The notes beneath the pieces are model-generated. The model ran no database searches. It saw only the letters and a list, made by a program, of their open reading frames with translations, and was not told the DNA's origin. Positions 49,137-58,371 of a stretch of DNA of 64,000 nucleotides are shown piece by piece (the stretch's first letter is position 1; each line of letters begins with the position of its first letter). The stretch comes from a virus (taxonomy: Duplodnaviria > Caudoviricetes). The stretch lies in the IMG/VR virus record IMGVR_UViG_3300028048_003124. One strand, written 5' to 3'. Made by a program: the position numbers and the translations under genes.

Positions 49137-49381
49137 ATGAAGAATGTAGTTATTTTTATCATAGCTCTATTACTTGTACTGACTTTTGTGTTCGGTGCAA
49201 GCAGTTGTAGTACTCACGATAGTCGGCAAAATGTAGGTACTCCAGATGAGGTACAAAATGGAATGTAGGAACACTAAAATCGGGTATTACTCCGTTATAT
49301 GATAAAAATGGTAATATAATGAAGTACCAAGAGTTTGAAGACGCTGTTAAATACTACAATATAAGGGTTTATGATGATTAG
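49137..49381 (+). pseudogene. frameshifted small lipoprotein gene
   Basis: MKNVVIF...ASSC signal stops at 49270; SGITPLYDKNG... continues in another frame. Confidence 0.5.
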
Positions 49382-49448
49382 GGTTGGTTAGTGTTAAAAT
49401 TGATTAATTCTCAATGTTTCATTATAGTAAAAACTTTTATTAAGCCTA

Positions 49449-49477
49449 TTGCATTTTGTGGCAAGATATGGTAAAAT
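49449..49477 (+). promoter_or_regulatory. sigma-A type promoter
   Basis: TTGCAT-17-TAAAAT with TG extension, upstream of tRNA-Gly. Confidence 0.65.
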
Positions 49478-49513
49478 AAGTATGTTCTTAAAAAGTTAAA
49501 TTTTAAGAAGTAT

Positions 49514-49587
49514 GCAGGTGTAGTTCAACGGTAGAACATCAGTTCCCCAAGCTGAGTACATGGGTTCAATCCCCATTATCTGCTCCA
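49514..49587 (+). tRNA. tRNA-Gly(CCC), atypical C33
   Basis: Cloverleaf; tcagt-tccccaa-gctga; U73 + CCA. Confidence 0.85.
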
Positions 49588-49987
49588 CAGGCGTTATTAA
49601 ACGTCTGTTTGATGGGCGTCATACCAGTGCTTTTTGCGAACATGTATTGTGTCCCTGTCGCCCTGATATGGGTAGTAAGATGCGAAAGCATTTAGCTATA
49701 GAAAAACTCTTGTTGAGAGGTTCTTCTTCGTGGCTATTAGGGAGAGCCTCTCCCCCTAAGGGTTGTAATTGGTTTTAATACATATATAATATAACTTATA
49801 TTTGTATTAAAGCTTATTACAACACGGGTGATAAGCTTTAATGCGTCCAACACATGTAGGCTGATGTGTGGTACAGGCATTTGTTCACTTGGTTTATGCC
49901 ATGTGAACCCTCCAACCAAGTGGGGTTCTGAGCTCATTTAAGGACCCCACAATTTTTATAAAATAACTAAAAATTTTCTTAATGTAC

Positions 49988-50016
49988 TTGCAATATATGG
50001 TAATTTATGGTAAGAT
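49988..50016 (+). promoter_or_regulatory. sigma-A type promoter
   Basis: TTGCAA-17-TAAGAT with TG extension, upstream of tRNA-Pro. Confidence 0.65.
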
Positions 50017-50082
50017 ACAGACATCAAAATAAAACCTTAGTATTTGTCTTATGAAAGACGAGGGTACAAAGCGTTTAAATAA

Positions 50083-50157
50083 CGAGGTGTAGCCCAGGGG
50101 TAGAGCGCTTGGTTTGGGACCAAGATGCCGCAGGTTCGATTCCTGTCACCTCGACCA
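50083..50157 (+). tRNA. tRNA-Pro(UGG)
   Basis: Cloverleaf; cttgg-tttggga-ccaag; C1-G72, A73, CCA. Confidence 0.95.
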
Positions 50158-50292
50158 CGAGTTATAGTAATTTGTTTTGTCGGTAGCCATACGATTTGTT
50201 TTTAGGAGATCTCGATAAAATCTCAAAAACCAAAAATGGAGTTGGGGTGTGCTTAATAAATATAAGCATAACCCCATCTCAAGTGTCGATAT

Positions 50293-50391
50293 GCTAATGT
50301 TAGTGTAACTGGAAGCACCCCACTGGAAAGGCGAGCGGTATGCCGTCATAAGCAAATGTGGCAGTAGCAGGTTCGAGTCCTGTCATTAGCA
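50293..50391 (+). ncRNA. tRNA-like RNA C with ~34-nt anticodon loop
   Basis: GCTAATG/CATTAGC acceptor, gtgt/gcac D-stem, ccac/gtgg stem, GCAGGTTCGAGTCCTGT. Confidence 0.6.
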
Positions 50392-50397
50392 AACAAA

Positions 50398-50762
50398 AGT
50401 GAGGAATCGGTAAAGGTTTCAGACTCACAGAGGTATGCCAGAAGCTGTACCATTCAGTTCCCTCTCCTTTACAGTGAGCAAGAGGCATATTGCTTGATGG
50501 GCACAAGGGTTGAAAGTGTCCATGGATACCCTAATGTGTAAGGCGGTGTGGGTTGCAAGCCGTCGTCAAGATAGTTGATACCCGTGAATACTGCCGTATA
50601 AACGGTGCGCTGAAAGCGGCAGTGAGGTTGGTGTCGGAAATATCAACCAATAGGCAATGTATGCAGTTGGTAGAAAGCATACTCACAAATATATGTGTAC
50701 CAACAACGCATTCAGCCCCTGAGAGAATGCATCTAGGGAGTTTTAGAGTTAAACTCCCTACG
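50398..50762 (+). ncRNA. candidate multi-hairpin ncRNA
   Basis: Consecutive helices atgggcac/gtgtccat, actgccg/cggcagt, ggttggtgt/atatcaacc, gttggta/taccaac, tagggagttt/aaactcccta. Confidence 0.5.
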
Positions 50763-50775
50763 ATGGGGTAAATAA

Positions 50776-50851
50776 TCCTCATTAGCTCAGTCGGTAGAGC
50801 ATGCGGCTGTTAACCGCAGGGTCGTTGGTTCGAGTCCAACATGGGGAGCCA
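50776..50851 (+). tRNA. tRNA-Asn(GUU)
   Basis: Cloverleaf; tgcgg-ctgttaa-ccgca; G73 + CCA. Confidence 0.95.
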
Positions 50852-51091
50852 GGAGAGTCCTATAATCTAACTATCGATTACTGAAACTGGTTATGGTGAG
50901 AGATGTCTAAGGGCTAATGGATCAGTTAGATGGCTTCGTATCATCTGGTTAGGCTACCCAGACAATACGTAGAGTCTAAGTCTGCATAGTCCCTAAGGCT
51001 AACCGAAGGACAGGGAGTAAGTCATACAAGTTAGGGTATGTATCGTGATCACAGTATAGCCCTCGTACTGAAAACCTAACAGAGGGTACAC

Positions 51092-51165
51092 GCAGGTATG
51101 GTGTAAGGGTAGCACAACAGCCTTCCAAGCTGTTGGTGAGGGTTCGAATCCCTTTACTTGCTCCA
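51092..51165 (+). tRNA. tRNA-Gly(UCC)
   Basis: Cloverleaf; acagc-cttccaa-gctgt; U73 + CCA. Confidence 0.95.
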
Positions 51166-51192
51166 TAATAATTAATTGGGGAGTTGAAAATA

Positions 51193-51390
51193 ATGGTAGG
51201 TTGTATCATCTCTTTTTTATTCGGAGGAGTGTTCGGAGTTGGTATCATGTGCATTATGAACATAAGCAGCGCTAATTCCAGAATTGAGGAGGCTATGATG
51301 AAAAATGAGAGAAGCCACGAAGAGGGAGTACATATGAACAATGATGAAAGTTGGGATTTTTACTTCAGCGGTGGTAATGTTAAAAAGTAA
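51193..51390 (+). CDS. small membrane protein (DUF3789-like)
   Basis: FLFGGVFGVGIMCIM hydrophobic segment; GGGGAG RBS. Confidence 0.55.
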   Translation: MVGCIISFLFGGVFGVGIMCIMNISSANSRIEEAMMKNERSHEEGVHMNNDESWDFYFSGGNVKK

Positions 51391-51410
51391 TCTTTAAAAC
51401 CATAATAAGT

Positions 51411-51447
51411 ATTGACCATCTTCTTTTTAAGGATGGTCAATTTTTTT
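51411..51447 (+). terminator. intrinsic terminator ending the RNA island
   Basis: attgaccatctt / aaggatggtcaat plus T-run. Confidence 0.85.
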
Positions 51448-51540
51448 GTAATAATGTATTAAAATTATAGAAGTGTATGTTTACTTACATACATTGTAAT
51501 AGATATTTTGTTGTTTATTATATCTGTTTAAGGAAGAAGT

Positions 51541-53004
51541 GTGTCTACTATGGATATACAAGTGAAGAACCACGAATGGAGAGGTATCGACAAAGTAAAG
51601 AGTATGTTAGATAGCTTTGATGATAACATAATTGTCTACTTTGATCCAGACGTAGACGGAATGATATCTGGGTATTTTGTTTGCAAGTTTTTAAAAAGTA
51701 GCGGTAAAAAGTACTCATGGTATGTTAATTCTAATAGAAGTCATGATTGGAGCATACCTGTAGAAAAACTCAAAGGCATGAATGTCATTGCAGTAGATTT
51801 TATGATATCCAGAGATACTATAAAAGACTTAGTATATAACGGTTGTAATATAGTAAGTATGGACCACCATGTAAATCAGAATGCTCAAATATGGATAAAT
51901 CACGCTGGAAAGAGTGGTATTGTAATAAACAATCAGTATCCTTTTGAGGACGAAGACGGTAGGTACTTATCAGGGGCAGGGGTAGTTTTTGAGACCCTAA
52001 GAAGTATAGATCCAGATTTTGACACTGAAGAGAATAGGGCATTGGTTGGCTTAACGTTACTATCTGATGTGTGTGATATAGAAAACCCTTTAGCAAAAGG
52101 GTATTTATATAAGTTATATAATCATAAAATGAAGGGTTATGTTAAATATTTAATAGAAAATACAATAGGTGAGAGAGATTTCGGTTTTGGAGTACCAAGG
52201 CTTGATAGAAAGTATGTAGATTTCAAATTCTCCCCAGCTATAAACTCTTGCTTAAGGTTTAATAAGGAAGACGAGGTTGTAAGATTCTTTTTAGGTAGTG
52301 GTAATCTGGACTTAAGTTACCATACAAGGCAGAAAGAGTTGGTAAAGGCTATGGTACAGTCTGCAACGGTGCGAGAATTTTCTAACTTGCGTGTTGTTTA
52401 TGTCCGAGATTGGGAGGTATTAACTACAGAAGATATATCTGTACTTTCAAATTTCATAGGTTTGATTGCAAGTAGATTTCTTGATGGTAAGAGGTCTGTA
52501 ATATCGTACCTAATAAGCAAAAACGACTTGGGAAATGGGTATGTTAAGCGTGCAAGTTTTCGTGGTAATGTGAATGGAGTAGATTATCTCAGTATGCTTA
52601 ATGGTATATTAACTGGTGTAGGACACCCATCAGCATTTGGTATAGTTAGTATAAGCCCATCTAAAGTCTTGTTTAATAAGGCAAATGACTTATGCAAGAA
52701 AGCAGAAGGTTTAAATACTAACCAAGTAAATATAACTCCTGTTGCCAATTTGTCTATATTTGCAGCAACGAAGGGTAAAGGCATGGCAGAATATAATATG
52801 TATTGCCTATCTCAGAATAGTAAGTATATACGGTACATAGGTAACAATTACAAGATAAAGAGAGAAGGAGCTAATTTTGTAAGGTACTTAGTAGATGGTA
52901 TAGAAGTTATAAGCTTTGATACAACATTAACTTTTTCAACTGGTTTAATATATCCAATATTTGAGAGAGGCTATGTGTATTATTATCTTCAAGGAGATAA
53001 TTGA
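51541..53004 (+). CDS. RecJ-like DHH family exonuclease
   Basis: YFDPDVDG, AVD, MDHH, INN, LSGAGV, LLSDV, GHPSAFG. Confidence 0.85.
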   Translation: MSTMDIQVKNHEWRGIDKVKSMLDSFDDNIIVYFDPDVDGMISGYFVCKFLKSSGKKYSWYVNSNRSHDWSIPVEKLKGMNVIAVDFMISRDTIKDLVYNGCNIVSMDHHVNQNAQIWINHAGKSGIVINNQYPFEDEDGRYLSGAGVVFETLRSIDPDFDTEENRALVGLTLLSDVCDIENPLAKGYLYKLYNHKMKGYVKYLIENTIGERDFGFGVPRLDRKYVDFKFSPAINSCLRFNKEDEVVRFFLGSGNLDLSYHTRQKELVKAMVQSATVREFSNLRVVYVRDWEVLTTEDISVLSNFIGLIASRFLDGKRSVISYLISKNDLGNGYVKRASFRGNVNGVDYLSMLNGILTGVGHPSAFGIVSISPSKVLFNKANDLCKKAEGLNTNQVNITPVANLSIFAATKGKGMAEYNMYCLSQNSKYIRYIGNNYKIKREGANFVRYLVDGIEVISFDTTLTFSTGLIYPIFERGYVYYYLQGDN

Positions 53005-53145
53005 TATAATTGTTAAAATGTATATACATAGAGTATGTTAAATTAGAACTTAGAAGTATTACAGTAGTTTCAAGAATGTACTTTTTGCGTAAGTTTTTCT
53101 ATGAGCTGTACTTTATGTATATCTTATTTTTTAGGAGGTATTTAT

Positions 53146-54312
53146 ATGATTACAGGAACCGCTAAGTTGGTGGTAGACTTAGGTAACTCCGAAACAAGAG
53201 TTATGACTCTGTTCGGAAAAACTGCCAAGGGAAATCCTAAGAAAAGAACTTCTGTGCTTAGCAATAGGTACAGTGTTATTTCGGAGGATAAACTAGAGAC
53301 ATATTTGAGCGGTGGTACTTACACAGATGAGAACTCTGCTGTGTTTAGATTGCCTAATGGAGCTCTTTACTGCAACGGTGATCTTTGCAATCTTGAGATG
53401 GCGCAGACTTCTGTAAGACCCTCGGCTCTTGAAAAGAAGTATGAGACACTGATTTCCAAGCTTTCTTTGATCAATGCTATCAAACAAGGTATTGAGGATG
53501 TCGCAGTGTTTTCTAATTGTGATATGGAGAGTGTCGATGTAAACTGGGAAATGTATCTGCTGTTGCCCCCAGAGGATATCGACGCTGGTGCTAAGCAGAT
53601 CGCTGATATGGCAAAAAGTATCACAGAGATTGACTTCGTTCTGCCTAAGTACAAAACTAATATCAACATCACAAAGGTAAATGTATATCCTGAGGGTATG
53701 TGTGCCTTTTTTGGTGTTATCTTTGAAAGGAAGGGTGTACCCCGTCCCGATTACAGGTACCTCATTGAGACTGGCGAGTCTACGGTTATCTTTGATATCG
53801 GTGCAGGTACAACAGATATTGTTATGGTAAAAGGAAGTCAGGTAATCCAGAGTTCCAGATTTACCAAGGAGATTGGTGGCAATAATGTTCATCGTATTGT
53901 TCAGAGATCTCTTAGAAACAAGGGTATTTCTCTCCCCGAGGAGGTTCTTAGAGAGGGTGTAAATACTGGTTATGTTCGAAGTGGTTCTCGTACTGTAGAT
54001 ATTACAGAGGATATCGCAGAGGCTAAGAGAACGGTTTCCAACCAGCTTGTAGATGCTGTACAGGAGTTTTTCGAGAGCTCTATGATTAGCATTCGCACTA
54101 TTGCTAATATTCTTATTTGTGGTGGAGGCGCTGAAGAGTCAGCAAATGAGAATATTGCTCCGATTGCTAATTATGTAGTAGACTACATGAGACGGTTAAC
54201 TCCCGATTTGAAGAGAATTGAGATGCCCAGTACAGTGACATCGGATGGTGAAGAAGAAAAGCTCTCACCTCGTATGCTAAACATTATTGGAGCGGGAATT
54301 CTTGCCGAATAA
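53146..54312 (+). CDS. ParM/StbA-like actin-fold ATPase
   Basis: VVDLGNSETR (phosphate 1), YPEG, FDIGAGTTD (phosphate 2), ICGGGA (adenosine); AGGAGG RBS. Confidence 0.88.
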   Translation: MITGTAKLVVDLGNSETRVMTLFGKTAKGNPKKRTSVLSNRYSVISEDKLETYLSGGTYTDENSAVFRLPNGALYCNGDLCNLEMAQTSVRPSALEKKYETLISKLSLINAIKQGIEDVAVFSNCDMESVDVNWEMYLLLPPEDIDAGAKQIADMAKSITEIDFVLPKYKTNINITKVNVYPEGMCAFFGVIFERKGVPRPDYRYLIETGESTVIFDIGAGTTDIVMVKGSQVIQSSRFTKEIGGNNVHRIVQRSLRNKGISLPEEVLREGVNTGYVRSGSRTVDITEDIAEAKRTVSNQLVDAVQEFFESSMISIRTIANILICGGGAEESANENIAPIANYVVDYMRRLTPDLKRIEMPSTVTSDGEEEKLSPRMLNIIGAGILAE

Positions 54313-54331
54313 ACTATAAAGAGAGGTAAAT

Positions 54332-55489
54332 ATGTTTAAGAGATTGATTTCATTTTGTCTTTGCTTGCTGTTAATGGTAGGAGTGTTGGTAGCTTGCAAT
54401 AACAATAAAACCCCTGAGGGTAAAACATCAGAAACAACTACATCAGGTGGAAGCGTTGATGGTGTATACAATAAACCAGAGGACGTGGCAAGGGATTTCA
54501 TTAACGCAGTAATTGGCGGTGAGTATGATACTGCCATTACCATGTTTGATATTGATAATACAAAATCCTTTATTACTGGAGAAGATATGTCATTCTTCCT
54601 ACCAAGAAGTAAGTTTACAGCTTTACTTGGAGATAGTGTAAAGGGTGCTGACTTAAAGCTAACACCCGAGGGTACTTCTGGATCAACAAGTCAGCTTGTA
54701 TCAGCAGTATTTTCTAAAGATGGTACTGATACCGTTAATATGGAGATTCCTGTTGTGCAGGGCGATAATGGTTGGCGCATTGATGCCCCTGAATTTTATT
54801 ATAGCAATTTCAGATTCTTGGCTCCCTCAGGAGATGTGACAGTTACTGCAAACGGTAAACCTGTAGATAAGAGTTATATCACTGATGATGCAGCAGGTGG
54901 TACAAAGAAGGCTGTAATATACACTCTTCCTTATGTTGGAAAGAAGGAGGTCAAGGTAAAGGTATCTTGTGATAATTTTGAGAATGAGGTAACAATGCCT
55001 GCGACTTCTGAAAATACTGAGTTTGATGATTATAATACGTTATACTACTTAAAAGCAGAAGAGCGAGAAGAGGTAAATAAAAGTATCAAAGATGCTTGGA
55101 ATGGTATGTACAAAGATTGGCTGAGCGGTAAGAATGCGACTGATCTTTTAAAGTATCTGTCCGATGATGCTGATCCAGACATCACCAACAGGGTAGTAAG
55201 CGGATTTAAGTCAATGTCGGATACTGGTTCAAGCGGTAATGATAATTTTAATCTAGTTGAAGTAAACCAGGGTAGCGATAATAATTATGTTTTTTATGTA
55301 TCAGATGACATGGTTTATGTCAACTTTAATTACAAGTTAACTTGGAATTACAAGCTAATGGATTGGTCTCAGGAGACTAAGAGAAAATCTAGTATTATTC
55401 TAAAGAAGGTAAACGGTGAGTATAAAATCTACCAGTTGGTAGACGAAAAATTGTTTACTGAGTGCAATAATTTCACAAGCGAGTGGTAA
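54332..55489 (+). CDS. lipoprotein
   Basis: Lipobox LVAC; PEDVARDFINAV...GWRI NTF2-like segment. Confidence 0.8.
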   Translation: MFKRLISFCLCLLLMVGVLVACNNNKTPEGKTSETTTSGGSVDGVYNKPEDVARDFINAVIGGEYDTAITMFDIDNTKSFITGEDMSFFLPRSKFTALLGDSVKGADLKLTPEGTSGSTSQLVSAVFSKDGTDTVNMEIPVVQGDNGWRIDAPEFYYSNFRFLAPSGDVTVTANGKPVDKSYITDDAAGGTKKAVIYTLPYVGKKEVKVKVSCDNFENEVTMPATSENTEFDDYNTLYYLKAEEREEVNKSIKDAWNGMYKDWLSGKNATDLLKYLSDDADPDITNRVVSGFKSMSDTGSSGNDNFNLVEVNQGSDNNYVFYVSDDMVYVNFNYKLTWNYKLMDWSQETKRKSSIILKKVNGEYKIYQLVDEKLFTECNNFTSEW

Positions 55490-55499
55490 TTACAGGTAA

Positions 55500-55528
55500 G
55501 AGGGCTTCATTATGTGGAGCCCTCTCTC
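55500..55528 (+). terminator. terminator-like hairpin
   Basis: gagggcttca / tggagccctc. Confidence 0.65.
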
Positions 55529-55620
55529 ATAAAAATAAAGAAGTGTATAATGTTTTATGTTTTGCGTTTATGCATTTCTTTATTTTCATGAGAGATATCA
55601 ATTAGGTGGTGTGATAGTAT

Positions 55621-57594
55621 ATGGCAGTACTTTCAATATATTTAGCAGGTGTAAGCACAACGGGTATTGAACTGGTAACAGAGGCAGCTACTCAGGCTTT
55701 TGGTGAGTGCAGTGTAGAGGAGTTAAACAGGGATAACCTAAGATTCAAAGTAAGAACGGGTACTAAAGACGCTTCCGTTGTGCTTATTGTTTTAGACGAT
55801 ACTTCAATGACTGAGTGTAAAGATATAGAGAATGGTCTATACTCCTCGGAAAAGTTTTATAATTACAAAAATGATAACGATTTGGTAGCTTTTCTAAATA
55901 GTGAATTTGATCTGTCATTAGAGGCTCCAAATGATAAATTAGAAGTTTCAGATAGCATCTCTTCAGATTCTAGAATCGAAAACGATGATAGGGCTGAGAT
56001 CATCGAGATGTACCAGAGTCAGCTGGATGATAGGGACAATATTATTAAGACGCTAAACTCCACAATTAGTGAGTTAAAGAGCATCATATATGGAGAAGGG
56101 TACACTGTTAATGATAAAGAAGCTGAGGAGTTAAAATCTAAGAATTTGGCTCTAATAAGTCAGATGTCTGACATCAACCGCCAGCTAGAGGTTGTACAGG
56201 ATACCGTAAAAGACAAAGATGCAGAGATAGACAAACTGTCTAGCGAAGTAGACAGGTTGGCAGATTTGGTAGCCAAGTATGAGTCAACCATTAAAAATCT
56301 TAACGCAGATCTCACACAAGAGAGATCAACTTCCTCACAGAAATCAGGGGTAATAAGAGATAAAGACAAAGAGTTAGAGAAGTTAAGAGCCCGTATATCT
56401 GGAATAGAAGGGTCTATTGATAAAGCAAAGACGCTGGAAGTAGAAGTAACAGATTATAAAAATACCATAAAGGATCTTCAGGCGACTATAAAGGGGTTAG
56501 AGTCCACTATAAGTTCTAAGGACGATGAGATAGAGAGACTGCGCAACAATGTAGAGTCAGAAGGTAGATTAGGCGAACAGGCTCTCCAGTATCGCACTTT
56601 ATTAGATGAAGCAGTATCGGATAAGGCAGAGTTGCAAAAGAGGGTATATGAGTTAGAATCTAGTTATGAAGTATTGGCTGAAAAGCATGACTCTCTTGTT
56701 GATGAGTTAAATGAGTACGATACTAAGTTTGATAGCTTATCAGCAAAATATACCGAAGTGGAAGGGTATTTAACTCAGGCTAATATGGATAAAGTGGCTC
56801 TGCAAGAAAAGATCAGGGTATTAACTGAGAGTGGGCATATTAGTGATGATGCTGACGGCTTCTCCTCTGAGATTGCTGATTTAAGGCGCAGATATGCTGA
56901 GCTTCAAAATAGTACCTTTAATGTAATAGGTACAAAATCACTGCCAAAAAGCAGTGTAAGGGTGCCGATAATGAACAGCCTATTACAGAGGTTGAAAAAT
57001 GTAAGATTTCAGTTCTCAGGAAGCTCTGAAAGCAAGAAGGGTACATATAAGTGTATCTATAATGAGTTTGTAGGGGTACAGAATGAGAAGTTTTTGATTG
57101 TTGATGTAACATCTGAGACGGCTATTGACTATGTTTTTGGTATAAGAAAAGTAGTAGATGGTTTACCGTGGTTTGCATCAGGCGGAGGTGTTCAGAAGTA
57201 TTTATCTCCAACGTGTTTACCTCATGTAAAGGTATTAATGCCCAAATTAGGGTATATAAATGATAGTTATTTTCTAACAATAGACTGGGCTAAAAGATTG
57301 ATGGAGTTAGAGAGATCTGGATATAGAGTTGTTGTTTATTGTGGTGATATCTCCAACTTAGTAGGAAGAGTACTATTCGAGAATTTTTCAAGTTTAGGAA
57401 ACACTGCAATTTATGTGCATGGTAATGCTTTAGGCTCAAGATCCGTTATTGCTAATTCGAGTGGTTTAACGGGTATTCGTTCGGCAATGGTTGCATATTT
57501 CGATTATGATAAAAATATGTCTAATTTCTTATCTATTATGGAGAGAAAGTGCACATGTAAGGTTATTTCTTATATTAAAGATGTTTCTAAGTGA
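55621..57594 (+). CDS. long coiled-coil protein with C-terminal alpha/beta domain
   Basis: About 300 aa of heptad-rich sequence flanked by globular ends. Confidence 0.8.
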   Translation: MAVLSIYLAGVSTTGIELVTEAATQAFGECSVEELNRDNLRFKVRTGTKDASVVLIVLDDTSMTECKDIENGLYSSEKFYNYKNDNDLVAFLNSEFDLSLEAPNDKLEVSDSISSDSRIENDDRAEIIEMYQSQLDDRDNIIKTLNSTISELKSIIYGEGYTVNDKEAEELKSKNLALISQMSDINRQLEVVQDTVKDKDAEIDKLSSEVDRLADLVAKYESTIKNLNADLTQERSTSSQKSGVIRDKDKELEKLRARISGIEGSIDKAKTLEVEVTDYKNTIKDLQATIKGLESTISSKDDEIERLRNNVESEGRLGEQALQYRTLLDEAVSDKAELQKRVYELESSYEVLAEKHDSLVDELNEYDTKFDSLSAKYTEVEGYLTQANMDKVALQEKIRVLTESGHISDDADGFSSEIADLRRRYAELQNSTFNVIGTKSLPKSSVRVPIMNSLLQRLKNVRFQFSGSSESKKGTYKCIYNEFVGVQNEKFLIVDVTSETAIDYVFGIRKVVDGLPWFASGGGVQKYLSPTCLPHVKVLMPKLGYINDSYFLTIDWAKRLMELERSGYRVVVYCGDISNLVGRVLFENFSSLGNTAIYVHGNALGSRSVIANSSGLTGIRSAMVAYFDYDKNMSNFLSIMERKCTCKVISYIKDVSK

Positions 57595-57621
57595 TAAGGG
57601 AGTAGACTAGGAGGTTGTAAT

Positions 57622-58353
57622 ATGAAAAGAACAAGTGTACTTTTAGAGTTTTCTGATGGTGTTTATGATACACTTGTAGAGCCTTTAAAAAAGAATAGAG
57701 CCTTTTCTAAGTTTTTATCGGCGTTAGTAGACGGGTATATCTCTGACCCTTATATAAGAGCTTTTGCTGATGGCAATTTAGATGAATTCAAGAAGGCTTC
57801 TGTAGCTGCTTTCGATGAACAGCTTGATGAAATGTCTGAGTCTTTAGCAAATATGGGTTTCTTTGCTGATGAGCTTGAAGCTATGTCTGCTGGAGGGAAA
57901 GCTCATTTTACAAATAAGGCTAAGCAACATAGTCAACCCAGTACTGCTTTTCATTCGAAGACTGAAGAGGTTTCTTCAGATGAGACTGATAACAAAGATA
58001 TTAAAGATATAAATGCTCGCATGGATAGAATGGAAGCAAATATGAATGCTTTCTTCACTACTATGATGACTATGTTACAGACGCAAAACCAAGTAGGTCA
58101 GGCTCAGACTTCGAGCTATGTTGCGCCTAATAGTAGTATTTCATTTAATAATAGTTCCGATGCTCAGAAGAGTGTCACTCCCCCTGTTGTGGAGAAGCAT
58201 GTTGAAAAAGTTGAGAAGCCTGTAGTATCACCATCAAATAGTGTAGGTAGTTTAAAAGAAGAAAAAACCAAGCAGGATACAGACGACAGTGAAGATTCTG
58301 TTGCCGATGATTTTATGTCAAGTATGCTAGATGGTAATATGTTTGTATTCTAA
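57622..58353 (+). CDS. putative ribbon-helix-helix protein (ParR-like adaptor)
   Basis: MKRTSVLLEF strand + SDGVYDTL helix + FSKFLSALVDGY helix; disordered middle; acidic/hydrophobic tail DDFMSSMLDGNMFVF. Confidence 0.55.
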   Translation: MKRTSVLLEFSDGVYDTLVEPLKKNRAFSKFLSALVDGYISDPYIRAFADGNLDEFKKASVAAFDEQLDEMSESLANMGFFADELEAMSAGGKAHFTNKAKQHSQPSTAFHSKTEEVSSDETDNKDIKDINARMDRMEANMNAFFTTMMTMLQTQNQVGQAQTSSYVAPNSSISFNNSSDAQKSVTPPVVEKHVEKVEKPVVSPSNSVGSLKEEKTKQDTDDSEDSVADDFMSSMLDGNMFVF

Positions 58354-58371
58354 TATAAAGGAGTTTGGTGT

